A stretch of 64,000 nt of DNA, taken from assembly GCA_038879595.1 (NCBI GenBank), contig JAVZTI010000005.1, positions 10,938 to 74,937 on the forward strand, read 5' to 3'. A model generated the notes under the pieces. That model made no database searches. It was not told where the DNA came from and was given only the letters and a program-made list of their open reading frames with translations. This DNA is from Desulfurococcaceae archaeon. Its GTDB lineage: Archaea > Thermoproteota > Thermoprotei_A > Sulfolobales > Desulfurococcaceae. The first letter of the stretch is position 1. Each line of letters begins with the position of its first letter. A program made the translations under genes and the position numbers. Shown here in pieces: positions 9,285 through 18,709 of the stretch.

Positions 9285-9833
9285 TCATGGGATAGTCGGC
9301 TTTAATACCTCTGGCTTAAATGTTGCAAACTCGTTTCTAGCTATATGCGCTAAGAACTCTGCCTTCAGTGAAGGCTTACCATATGGATAAGCATCTGCTC
9401 TATAACTGTAGTTAACTACTTCAGCTATGAATAGTGTGTGGTCTCCATAAGTCCTTGAGTCAATCACTTTACACTCTAAGTTGGCTAAAGCATTCCCTAT
9501 GCTTGGTGCATCAACTCTACTTGATGGAGTTAGCCTTAACTTAGTTTCACTAAGCTTCTTAGGCCCACTTCTTGAACCAACTATCCAAACATCATTAATT
9601 AAGTCGTAATTAGGGACACTAATGACGAATTCTCCATAGCTAGTTAAAAGCCTACTAGTGTACCTCTTTGGTGAAATACTTACAACAACTATAAATGGCT
9701 CCCAGGAAGCTATTGTAACCCAATCAGCAGCCATAACGTTTGACTCTCCCCCTCTACCAGATGCAATTAAGTATGTTCTTAAAGGATAAAGCAGTCTAGG
9801 AGGCTCCATACACAGCCACCACAGTAAGTTCAT
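9285..9833 (-). CDS. flavin reductase-like FMN-binding domain protein
   Basis: LYPLRTYLIASGRGGESNVMAADWVT...FVISVP pattern. Confidence 0.7.
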   Translation of the reverse strand: MNLLWWLCMEPPRLLYPLRTYLIASGRGGESNVMAADWVTIASWEPFIVVVSISPKRYTSRLLTSYGEFVISVPNYDLINDVWIVGSRSGPKKLSETKLRLTPSSRVDAPSIGNALANLECKVIDSRTYGDHTLFIAEVVNYSYRADAYPYGKPSLKAEFLAHIARNEFATFKPEVLKPTIP

Positions 9834-9950
9834 CTAATCTAGCTATTAACTACGTTGGTTTCACAAGAATTAAAGGCTATATGACTCATAAAAAGAGCTA
9901 AAGTAATATACCTCGCCTGAAAATACTAGAGCACGCCGTTGAAATAGGTA

Positions 9951-10943
9951 ATGGAAGTGCCTTCAGCTATAACTACGAGGAACTTGAGAAAAGTGTATAG
10001 AGTTAAGAAGAGGCTTAGCTTAATTAAGAGCCGGGAGGAAGTAGTTGAAGCTCTTAAAGGAATAAGCTTTGAAGTAAGGTATGGAGAAATAGTTGGATTA
10101 CTTGGACCAAATGGGGCCGGTAAGACAACTACTATAAAGATAATTTCAACACTCCTCATTCCAGATGCTGGTGAAGCATATGTCGATGGCTACGACGTTG
10201 TAAGGCAAGCCAATGAAGTGAGGAAGAGGATAGGGTTAATGCTTACCGTAGAAAAAGGTTTTTACGGTAAGCTGACTGGAAAGGAGAACTTAGAGTACTT
10301 CGCTGCACTATATGGCTTAAGTAGAAGTGAAGCAGAGAGGAGAATAAACCACCTCATAAAGGTACTTGAGCTAGATAAGCTTGGAGCTGTAGACAAATTG
10401 TTTGAAGAATATAGCTTGGGAATGAAGGCCAGGCTCTCTATAGCTAGAGCCCTCTTAAAGAATTCACCAGTCCTACTACTTGATGAACCAACGCTTGGAC
10501 TAGACCCTCCTAGCGCGAGGAAAATTCGAGAATTAGTCAAGTCACTCGCTAGAGAAGAGGGGAAGGCAGTACTATACACTACTCACAACATGTTTGAAGC
10601 AGAGCTTGTTTGCGATAAAATATTGCTCATTAATAAGGGATTGATAGTGGCTGAAGGAACCCCCGACGAGCTGAAGTCTAAGATACCTAAGCTACGCGTA
10701 ATCACTATTACTGTAAGGAATGGTGAGCGAGTAAAAATAGAGGAAGCTTTAGCTCCACTAGTAACTACGTATACTGTGACAAGCAATGAATTCGGAGAAA
10801 CTACAGTAAAAGTAAGTACGAAGAGCCCTGAGGAGATCTTGGGCGAAGTCATTAGGGCCTTAGTTGCATGCGGCTGCGATATTTCATCAGTGAGAATTGA
10901 AGAACCAACGCTTGAGGATGTATTCATATATTTCAGCCAGTAG
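9951..10943 (+). CDS. ABC transporter ATP-binding protein (ABC-2 exporter type)
   Basis: Walker A GPNGAGKTT, signature YSLGMKARL and Walker B LLLDEPTLGLD. Confidence 0.9.
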   Translation: MEVPSAITTRNLRKVYRVKKRLSLIKSREEVVEALKGISFEVRYGEIVGLLGPNGAGKTTTIKIISTLLIPDAGEAYVDGYDVVRQANEVRKRIGLMLTVEKGFYGKLTGKENLEYFAALYGLSRSEAERRINHLIKVLELDKLGAVDKLFEEYSLGMKARLSIARALLKNSPVLLLDEPTLGLDPPSARKIRELVKSLAREEGKAVLYTTHNMFEAELVCDKILLINKGLIVAEGTPDELKSKIPKLRVITITVRNGERVKIEEALAPLVTTYTVTSNEFGETTVKVSTKSPEEILGEVIRALVACGCDISSVRIEEPTLEDVFIYFSQ

Positions 10944-10954
10944 AGGTAGGAGGC

Positions 10955-11761
10955 ATGTGGTTTACAGAGATCCTTAGAGCTGAATACAAGCTTGTCTATG
11001 CTGAAATGTTTAGGAGGAAGAGCATGTTAGTAATGATGTTCCTCTATCCATACGTGTTAACAGGCTTTACACTATTCATAGGGTACTCCTTTGGCTCAAA
11101 ACAGGTATTCGTTGAGAGAACAGGAGTAGCGCCAGAGATATTCATGATTACTGCTAGCTTCATAATACTATCAATGCTTGCAAGCATTGACGACATGATA
11201 TGGAAGCCACTGATGGATCTTTGGCACGGGACTCTGCCTTACATAATTGCGAGCCCTGTTAGCAGAGTAATGCTTTATGCAGCCATACCTATTCCAAGAC
11301 TCACCGCAGTTATAATTATAGGTTCTACAAGCATTATACCAGTCTACGCACTATACTATGGGTTAAACGGCCTTCTTACAAGCCTTATAATAATTGGCTT
11401 AGCCTCCCTTGGAGCTGTATTCATGATTACGCCTGCAATGGTTATTACGGGTCTAGTGAATACTGTGGGGGAGAGCTGGAGAGTAATTAACGTAATTAGG
11501 CCTGTATTCATGATTCTTCTAGGAGCATACTATCCAAGGATCCTCATGCCTATAGCTGGCTTAATAGCGAGCTACGCACTCCCCCCTTCACACATAGTTG
11601 AGTTGATTCAAGCATTTTTAAGAAACGCCGCTAGTACACTCAACACACTTAGCTTGATTGGAATAGCTACAGCCCTCTTCGTAATTTATGCACCAGGCGG
11701 CTCTAGAAGCATTCTATTGTGGGAGAGGAAGAAAGTAAAGGAGGGAGTTAAGTATGATTAG
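10955..11761 (+). CDS. ABC-2 type transporter permease
   Basis: Polytopic hydrophobic protein immediately downstream of the ATPase. Confidence 0.7.
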   Translation: MWFTEILRAEYKLVYAEMFRRKSMLVMMFLYPYVLTGFTLFIGYSFGSKQVFVERTGVAPEIFMITASFIILSMLASIDDMIWKPLMDLWHGTLPYIIASPVSRVMLYAAIPIPRLTAVIIIGSTSIIPVYALYYGLNGLLTSLIIIGLASLGAVFMITPAMVITGLVNTVGESWRVINVIRPVFMILLGAYYPRILMPIAGLIASYALPPSHIVELIQAFLRNAASTLNTLSLIGIATALFVIYAPGGSRSILLWERKKVKEGVKYD

Positions 11762-12554
11762 AAAAGCTCTTGCAGTATTTAAGGCATACTTTCTATCTGA
11801 TTTCGTTAGAAGCAGTGGACTGTTGTACGGATTGTTAAGCATGTCTATGTGGATCCTCTTATTCATAGTTCCAATGAGTTTATTTGCTGGACCTGATGTG
11901 AAGGGCGAGGCTTTTTCAGCATATGCATTTACAGCAGTACTAGTATTTCTTTCGTATAACATGGCTACATGGGATTGGGCTGCTGAGCTTAGATGGCTCA
12001 TTAATAGAGGCATGCTTGAATACGTTATTGCAAGCGGTGCAGGCTTCATACCCTTATACTCTGGAATAATGCCTGTTTCACTGATCTGGATGGGGTTCTC
12101 ATTAACAGCTATATACGTGCTCCTGACGCTAGTGATGGGTCAACCTACACTGATAGTAGTTGACCCACTTGCTTTAGCAATAGGGTTAGCAATGCTGATA
12201 GTAGTCCTACTTGGATATGCATTGATTCTCGGTGGGACAGCTATTTCAACGGGCTCTGTAGGACCCGTAATGGAGATCATAAGTTGGATTCTCCCAATAG
12301 CTACCGGTGGATTAACTCCCCTCAGAAATGTACCTGAAGTACTTAGGAGAATAGCTTTAGCAACGCCATTCAGTTATCCAGCTGAATTAATTAGGTATTC
12401 GCTTCTTGGAATTAAGCCAGTAGTGGAGTTGAATTACGCAATCACTGTAGGAGCTCTTTATGCAGGAGCATTTATGTTAATAGCCATAGCTTACTTTAAG
12501 TTACAAATAAGGAAGATACTTAAGGAAGGAATAAAGACTATATCAATGTATTAA
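11754..12554 (+). CDS. ABC-2 type transporter permease (second subunit)
   Basis: Polytopic membrane protein with an 8-nt overlap on the preceding permease. Confidence 0.65.
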   Translation: MIRKALAVFKAYFLSDFVRSSGLLYGLLSMSMWILLFIVPMSLFAGPDVKGEAFSAYAFTAVLVFLSYNMATWDWAAELRWLINRGMLEYVIASGAGFIPLYSGIMPVSLIWMGFSLTAIYVLLTLVMGQPTLIVVDPLALAIGLAMLIVVLLGYALILGGTAISTGSVGPVMEIISWILPIATGGLTPLRNVPEVLRRIALATPFSYPAELIRYSLLGIKPVVELNYAITVGALYAGAFMLIAIAYFKLQIRKILKEGIKTISMY

Positions 12555-12636
12555 AGGATCTATGCAATGGACTTAACAACAGCCTCTAAATGATTTAAAA
12601 AGAGACGCTGATATTATAACAATGTTGGTGAATTAA

Positions 12637-13104
12637 TTGGAGTTTAAGCTAGGACGATTCTTTCTACTTAGAGTACCTAGTGGGAGTGAATTAATTAGCT
12701 ACATTAGAAAGTACGCTAAGGACTTAAGCATAAATACTGGTGTGCTATGGTTAATAGGATCGTTTCGTAGAACTAAAATAGGGTTCTTCATTGAAGAAGA
12801 AGGCTCATATAAAGTAATTGATGTAAATGAGTTTACTGAAGTAATTAATGCAAGCGGCAACATTAGTTTAGTGAATGGCGAACCATTTATACATGTACAT
12901 GTTGCTTTAGGGAGAGTGGATGGTTCTTGTATTGGGGGCCACTTAATTGAGGGAATAGTGTTTATAGCAGAAGTGTGGATACAGGAGTTGATTGATGGAG
13001 AGTTAAAGAGGGTGAGAGAAGGCTCTCTTTACTTATTGCCTCTAGAACAACCACGTAGTGAGCTAGGTGGAGAAAGTGTGCAGAATACTAATAGCGCACG
13101 TTGA
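12637..13104 (+). CDS. PPC (DUF296) domain protein
   Basis: EPFIHVHVALGRVDGSCIGGHLIEG is the PPC/DUF296 His-rich motif. Confidence 0.7.
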   Translation: MEFKLGRFFLLRVPSGSELISYIRKYAKDLSINTGVLWLIGSFRRTKIGFFIEEEGSYKVIDVNEFTEVINASGNISLVNGEPFIHVHVALGRVDGSCIGGHLIEGIVFIAEVWIQELIDGELKRVREGSLYLLPLEQPRSELGGESVQNTNSAR

Positions 13105-13885
13105 GGAGTGCTCTAAGGACTCCGTAAGGGTCATAGCTGAACTACTTAAAGCGCTAGTTACTGCAAGCAAGCTTCTAAGACAGCGGGATGGATGGGGGTA
13201 CATTGCATTAATTAGAGACAATCACGGCCGGCTTTCATATACACACTTCAGAAGTGAAGAACCGATCTATAAGCCCGACTCTAAAATACTTTTAGGGGAA
13301 TTCATTAAATTACTCAAGAGATCTAATGAAGCATGGATCATGGTGCATGCAAGGAAGGCTTCGAGAAGGAGCTTAATTGGACTACTGTATTCACATCCAT
13401 ACGCCTCTGAAACTAAGAACGGATTGCTATGGCTAATCCACAATGGCTCCCTTGATAGCGATAAGCTGGCTAAAGAGCTTAAAGTAGCTAACTCCACTAA
13501 GTATACTGACAGTGAATTGATGAGCAAGTATATTGCAAGTAGCTTAAGCGAGTGCGCGAAGAGCATTGATGAATGCGTTTTAGACTCTTATAATGAGTTA
13601 TTTAAAGAATACACTTCGACTGCATTAATAACTGGGGTATTAGTTCTAGAGAGGGGGCGTTCTCGTAGAAATGCCATATACATGTATTCATCAACGCTAT
13701 ACAAGAAGGCTCCTGTGAAATACCCTGACTACTATAGGACTTACTTAATTAAGGGAGATTCATTTAGCTCTGTAGTTTCTTCAACTGTTAAAGAACTAAC
13801 TAAGCACAAGTATTCTAGTTACTATATAGAAGACGCATCAAATAGAGTCATTAGGTTGTACCCTAACTTAAGTTACCTCCACTAA
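13076..13885 (+). CDS. class II (Ntn) glutamine amidotransferase-like protein, stand-alone
   Basis: GTG at 13076 places Cys directly after the initiator (M-CRILIAH), as Ntn amidotransferases require. Also has DGWGY, VHARKAS, SHPY and WLIHNGSL. The track start at 13067 is probably 9 nt too early. Confidence 0.65.
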   Translation: MCRILIAHVEECSKDSVRVIAELLKALVTASKLLRQRDGWGYIALIRDNHGRLSYTHFRSEEPIYKPDSKILLGEFIKLLKRSNEAWIMVHARKASRRSLIGLLYSHPYASETKNGLLWLIHNGSLDSDKLAKELKVANSTKYTDSELMSKYIASSLSECAKSIDECVLDSYNELFKEYTSTALITGVLVLERGRSRRNAIYMYSSTLYKKAPVKYPDYYRTYLIKGDSFSSVVSSTVKELTKHKYSSYYIEDASNRVIRLYPNLSYLH

Positions 13886-13939
13886 CTTTAACCACTACAC
13901 TCCGCTTAAATAGCGACCATGTTTAGTGAAGCTCTCTAC

Positions 13940-14914
13940 TTAAAGAAAGTCTGGTATAATCCTCGTTCCACTCTCTCCTCTTAAAGCTTCAATACCTTTA
14001 TAGAGATGTCCTATTATGGCTGCTTTACCTCCATTCCTAATGAACCTTATGCAGGCCAACACCTTTGGACCCATACTGCCTTCAGCAAAATGTCCCTCTA
14101 CCAAGTACTTCTCTGCTTCACTAACAGTAATAGTACTTAGGGGCGTTTGATTCATCTTACCGTAGTTTAAGTAGACTTTATCTACGTCAGTTAAAATCAT
14201 AAAGATCGATGCTCCAAGAGCTGAAGCAAGTCTTTCTCCAGCTAAATCTTTATCTATTACTGCTTCTACGCCGAACAATTTACCGTTTACTTCAACTACA
14301 GGTATTCCTCCTCCACCACTAGCGATTACTATAAAGCCTTCATTAACTAACTTCTTTATAGCACTTATCTCAACGTGGTTCACTGGATCAGGCGATGGAA
14401 CTACTCTTCTAAACCCCCCTCTAGGATCAGGCTTCATTACCCAACCATATTCATTCATTAGTTTCTCTGCATCATCCTCCTCATACCATGGACCAATGTA
14501 CTTAGTTGGATTTTTGAAGGCTGGGTCATCTTTATTAATAAGAACTTGAGTAATTACTGCTACAACCCCCTTCACTTTACTTCCCAACAAGTTTGCCTTC
14601 ACTAAACTATTATGTATTGTTTGCTGCAGCAAGTAGCCAAGCCACCCTTGAGTCATTGCTCCAGCTACGTCAAGAGTCATTGGAGGCAACTTCTTTAACT
14701 TTAAGCCAGCAAGCATCCATTCAGCTATTATCCCTACTTGAGGTCCATTTCCATGAGTGATCACTATCTTATATCCTTCGTTGACTAATTCTACGATCAA
14801 CTTAGATGCTCTTTCAGCATTTCTCCAGTACTCTTGTGGAGTGCCTCTATCACTCTTTGATTGAAAAGCGTTTCCTCCAAAAGCCACTACTAGCAGCTTT
14901 TCATCTCTGCTCAA
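13940..14914 (-). CDS. arcC: carbamate kinase
   Basis: LVVAFGGNAF, ITHGNGPQVG and ASGGGGIPV motifs. Confidence 0.85.
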   Translation of the reverse strand: MSRDEKLLVVAFGGNAFQSKSDRGTPQEYWRNAERASKLIVELVNEGYKIVITHGNGPQVGIIAEWMLAGLKLKKLPPMTLDVAGAMTQGWLGYLLQQTIHNSLVKANLLGSKVKGVVAVITQVLINKDDPAFKNPTKYIGPWYEEDDAEKLMNEYGWVMKPDPRGGFRRVVPSPDPVNHVEISAIKKLVNEGFIVIASGGGGIPVVEVNGKLFGVEAVIDKDLAGERLASALGASIFMILTDVDKVYLNYGKMNQTPLSTITVSEAEKYLVEGHFAEGSMGPKVLACIRFIRNGGKAAIIGHLYKGIEALRGESGTRIIPDFL

Positions 14915-14976
14915 TAAGACACCTCACTTAAGCTAGGTAGACGTATTAATAGGTTAGTTCACTATTTTTTAAAGCG

Positions 14977-15882
14977 TTGTATTCAAGAGAGTTAGGGGAT
15001 GAGTGCGTGGAGTCAATTTTAGTAATTACAGCATTGTTATTGATTGCTGCCCTAAGTATTTCATCTGCTTCAATACTCGTCCTCCTATCAAAAGCTGATG
15101 CCCTAGGATGCGTTTTCTGGAGGCTATCTATAACTAGCCTGCTTCTTACATCATATGCCAGTATTCAGTGTAGAGAGCTGTTTAAGCGCATTGCGTGCAA
15201 CAGGCAGTTGCTTAAAGTATCAGCGTTATCAGGCTTTGCTCTCTTCACTCACTTCGCTCTATGGATAGAGAGCTTATTCTATATACCAGTATCATACAGC
15301 ACCACTATAGTAGTTACATATCCAATGCAGTTGATTCTGCTTGACGCAACTCTAGGAGAAGCTCCAAACAAGAAACAAGTAGTTGGAATAGTATGCGGCT
15401 TCTCATTTCTCTTACTCCTATTGACACAGGGGGTTTTTGAATCACTAAATTTAAGGGGTGTATTATGCAGCTTACTAGCATCCACAGCTGCATCAGCTTA
15501 CTTCGGCATAGGGAGAATAGTGCGTAGGAGGGGGTTAAGTGTGCTGGAATACGCTATTCCTACATATGGATTCGCTTCATTAATAGCTCTCCTATATGCC
15601 TTAATTATTGGGAGAAACTTACTCAACTATACCCTTCATTCATACGCATTCTTCACCTTAATGTCCTTGGCTCCAATGATAGGTGGACATACAGTAATTA
15701 ACTACTTACTTAAGTACTTGAAGAGCAGTACAGCTACATCAATAGCTCTAATAGAGCCCATCGGTGCAAGCATTTTAGCATACTTATTACTAGGCCAAGA
15801 AGTATCCATTGTCAGTGCCATACTAATGATTATGGTGGTAGCTTCAACATGCCTAGTTGTATTAAGTGAAGAGAGTAGTTAG
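14977..15882 (+). CDS. EamA/DMT-family transporter
   Basis: About 10 hydrophobic spans in two repeated halves. Confidence 0.7.
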   Translation: MYSRELGDECVESILVITALLLIAALSISSASILVLLSKADALGCVFWRLSITSLLLTSYASIQCRELFKRIACNRQLLKVSALSGFALFTHFALWIESLFYIPVSYSTTIVVTYPMQLILLDATLGEAPNKKQVVGIVCGFSFLLLLLTQGVFESLNLRGVLCSLLASTAASAYFGIGRIVRRRGLSVLEYAIPTYGFASLIALLYALIIGRNLLNYTLHSYAFFTLMSLAPMIGGHTVINYLLKYLKSSTATSIALIEPIGASILAYLLLGQEVSIVSAILMIMVVASTCLVVLSEESS

Positions 15883-16016
15883 ATGAACTACATTCTCTAA
15901 GGGTTTCCCACGAAAGCTCTCATTCCCTCATCACATAAGCTATAGAAGCTTTAGGTAATCTTAAAGCCTTATATCTACTTAAGCTCTAAGAGCCAAGGTA
16001 TTTCTACTACAGCTTG

Positions 16017-16838
16017 TTAAGCAGCTCTAGAAAGCAGTGTTAAGTCATTTAAACTAAGCCTCCACCCCATGGAGCCCAGCAATTCCTCTACGTGCTTCTT
16101 TGACTCAGCTTTAGGGATAGCTATGACTCTAGGCCTTGAAATCAAGTAGTTTAGCGCTATTTGAATAGGCGTCTTACCGTACTTAAAGCTAAGATGCTTC
16201 AATACTTCTAAATCCTTTACAGCTCCTCTCTCTATTGGCGTATATGCTTGTACAGTGATTCCCTTGAGTATAGCGTAGGGCAGCAAGTCCTTCTCAATAT
16301 CTCTATGAACTATGCTGTAGTGTACTTGGTTTACAACTATATCAGCTTTCCTCACTGCTGTAATAGCTTCCTCAAGTTCAGTTAAGCTGAAGTTGCTTAC
16401 ACCAATATATCTAGCCAGCCCCTCTAAGTACACTGATTCAAAGTTTCTCACTTGCTGACTTATGCTAATAGATTTATTCGGCCAGTGTATGAGCATTAAG
16501 TCTACAGTGCTTACTCCAAGCCTTTTAATGGAAGACTTAGCTGCTTTCAATACCTCCTCCCGACTGATAAGCCTTTCAGGCAGGATCTTTGTAGTTATGA
16601 AAACTCTCTGCTTTCCAACTCTCTTCACTAATTCACCAACAAATTCCTCAGCTCTACCATTATGGTACATTTCAGCTGTATCAATATTGTCTACTCCATT
16701 CTCTATAGCGTATAGGTATGCCTCAAGACACTTTCTATAATCCTTTATTGCCCAAGTCCCAAGTCCTATCGCTGAGACGTACTCGCCTGTTCTACCAATC
16801 TCCTTTCTATCACTACGATCTATTTCTAAGAGACTCAC
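16017..16838 (-). CDS. aldo/keto reductase
   Basis: GLGTW, DTAEMY, LIHWP and GVSNF motifs. Confidence 0.85.
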   Translation of the reverse strand: MSLLEIDRSDRKEIGRTGEYVSAIGLGTWAIKDYRKCLEAYLYAIENGVDNIDTAEMYHNGRAEEFVGELVKRVGKQRVFITTKILPERLISREEVLKAAKSSIKRLGVSTVDLMLIHWPNKSISISQQVRNFESVYLEGLARYIGVSNFSLTELEEAITAVRKADIVVNQVHYSIVHRDIEKDLLPYAILKGITVQAYTPIERGAVKDLEVLKHLSFKYGKTPIQIALNYLISRPRVIAIPKAESKKHVEELLGSMGWRLSLNDLTLLSRAA

Positions 16839-17250
16839 TTACTTCACTCCCCTCTAAGTCAATCAATGCCTTCTTAAGTGCTTCAAGCCTATCCTTAATT
16901 GCGGGGTTTGAAAGAACTTTATTTCTATTAGGAAGCTTGCTATATGCTTTAAGCATTTGCGTAAGTATTGAAGCCATTTTAGCCGTATGTGGAAGCGTTT
17001 CATTGACTAACGCTTCTAATCCAGCGCTAGTTATTGCATAAGTAGTCCTTCCACTACTAACTCTTCTTTCAATGAGCCCTGACTTAACCATTTCACTTAG
17101 AACTCTATAGAAGGTACCTATTGAAGGCCTCCAAACATGTTCAACATGGTAGAGTATTTCCTTATACAATGCATATCCATGTAGCTCTCCTCTAGAGATA
17201 AGTGATGCAAGAACTAAGTACTTAATTACTGAGCTCCTTCTCTTAGGCAT
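16813..17250 (-). CDS. PadR-family transcriptional regulator
   Basis: Winged helix LASLISRGELHGYALYKEI...GTFYRVLSEMVKSGLIE. Confidence 0.75.
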   Translation of the reverse strand: MPKRRSSVIKYLVLASLISRGELHGYALYKEILYHVEHVWRPSIGTFYRVLSEMVKSGLIERRVSSGRTTYAITSAGLEALVNETLPHTAKMASILTQMLKAYSKLPNRNKVLSNPAIKDRLEALKKALIDLEGSEVSESLRNRS

Positions 17251-17323
17251 TAGAACACCTGTAAAGAAATATATTCTCGGGGAATATATTTCTTCGGAAT
17301 ATAGCTCTATAGCAGTGATTTAA

Positions 17324-18709
17324 GTGAAGCCATCTAGAGAAGTCGTTGAGAAGTATAGGGATAGGATACTCAATGGATCTGTAGTTACGACTATGCTTAA
17401 ACTAGGGGCTCCATTAATGGCTGTTCAAGCACTCTACGTATCATATAACATTGCTGATGCATACTGGCTCTCAGTGTACAGTCAATACGACATAGCTATC
17501 CCAAGACAAGTGTGGCCTATTCAAATGCTTTTCTTAGTGTTTACTCAAGGTATTGCAGCAGCTAACTTAGCGCTAATGTCTCAATACGTTGGCGCAGGAA
17601 ACTATGAGAAGACGGGTGAAACAGCATCAAAGTTTCTCACCATAAACGTTGCTGCATCAGTAGCTGCATTCACAGTCTACACAGCTCTTATCCCAGCAAT
17701 ATACAGCTACTTAGTAAACGTTCCTCAACTAATATATGAAGGAGTAGTGCTTTATGCAAAAATAATGGCTGTAGACCTCGTAGTAACTTGCTTCAACATG
17801 GTCTTTACAACAGTTCTACAGGCAATGGGGGATACCGTGAGGCCAAGCATTATTGGAGGAGTTGCATCAATAGTAAACATAGTCCTGGATCCATTCATGA
17901 TACTTGGAATCCCCCCATTCCCTGCAATGGGTGTTGCCGGTGCTGCACTAGCAACAGTATTAAGCAAGCTGGCTGGCACACTAGTGCTAGCATACTTATT
18001 GAAGAATTATCCAGGCGTCAAGCTAAAGTTCACTAAGAAAGTAGATCTAGAGTGGTTAATCAATAACTTTAAGATAGGGCTGCCAGTAATGCTATTCACA
18101 GCGTCCAACAGCTTGGCATTCGCCATGCAGACAAGGCTCATCAATGTTTTCGGTGAAGTAGCTGCAGCTGCATACTCCATAGGCTTCATAGTCATGGATG
18201 TAGCTGATGCCGCTCTATGGGGGCTTTCAAGCGCTGTATCAATAATGGTTGGGCAAAACCTTGGAGCAGGCAAAGTCTCTAGAGCTAGGGAAGTTGCAGG
18301 CAAATCTATGTATACAATACTAGCAGCCACTAGCGCTAGCTCCATAATAATCTACCCCATCAGGGGGCTACTTATAGATCCATTTACAGACGATCCCTCA
18401 ATATACGCAGAGGCGTCAACATTCATAGAGACATTTCTGTTTAGCCTACCGTTTTTTGCATCATTCTTCATAGCTCTCTCAGTTGGCAGAGGTTCTGGGC
18501 ATACAGCTGTACCGACAACTATAGGTGTTGTAAGGCTCTGGATTCTAAGAGTAGGCCTTGGATATTACTTAGCTCTACTACTGGGACTAGGATCGTATGG
18601 CATATGGCTAGCGATGGCAGTAAGTAATTACGCTAGTGGAGTGCTTTCAATAATATGGGTTAAATATGGTAGATGGGCTAAGCCAGTAATCAGTGTTTCT
18701 CAAAGCTAG
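17324..18709 (+). CDS. MATE-family efflux transporter
   Basis: 461 aa with 12 TM-like spans in two halves, and a MATE-type N-terminus (...ILNGSVVTTMLKLGAPLM). Confidence 0.8.
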   Translation: MKPSREVVEKYRDRILNGSVVTTMLKLGAPLMAVQALYVSYNIADAYWLSVYSQYDIAIPRQVWPIQMLFLVFTQGIAAANLALMSQYVGAGNYEKTGETASKFLTINVAASVAAFTVYTALIPAIYSYLVNVPQLIYEGVVLYAKIMAVDLVVTCFNMVFTTVLQAMGDTVRPSIIGGVASIVNIVLDPFMILGIPPFPAMGVAGAALATVLSKLAGTLVLAYLLKNYPGVKLKFTKKVDLEWLINNFKIGLPVMLFTASNSLAFAMQTRLINVFGEVAAAAYSIGFIVMDVADAALWGLSSAVSIMVGQNLGAGKVSRAREVAGKSMYTILAATSASSIIIYPIRGLLIDPFTDDPSIYAEASTFIETFLFSLPFFASFFIALSVGRGSGHTAVPTTIGVVRLWILRVGLGYYLALLLGLGSYGIWLAMAVSNYASGVLSIIWVKYGRWAKPVISVSQS

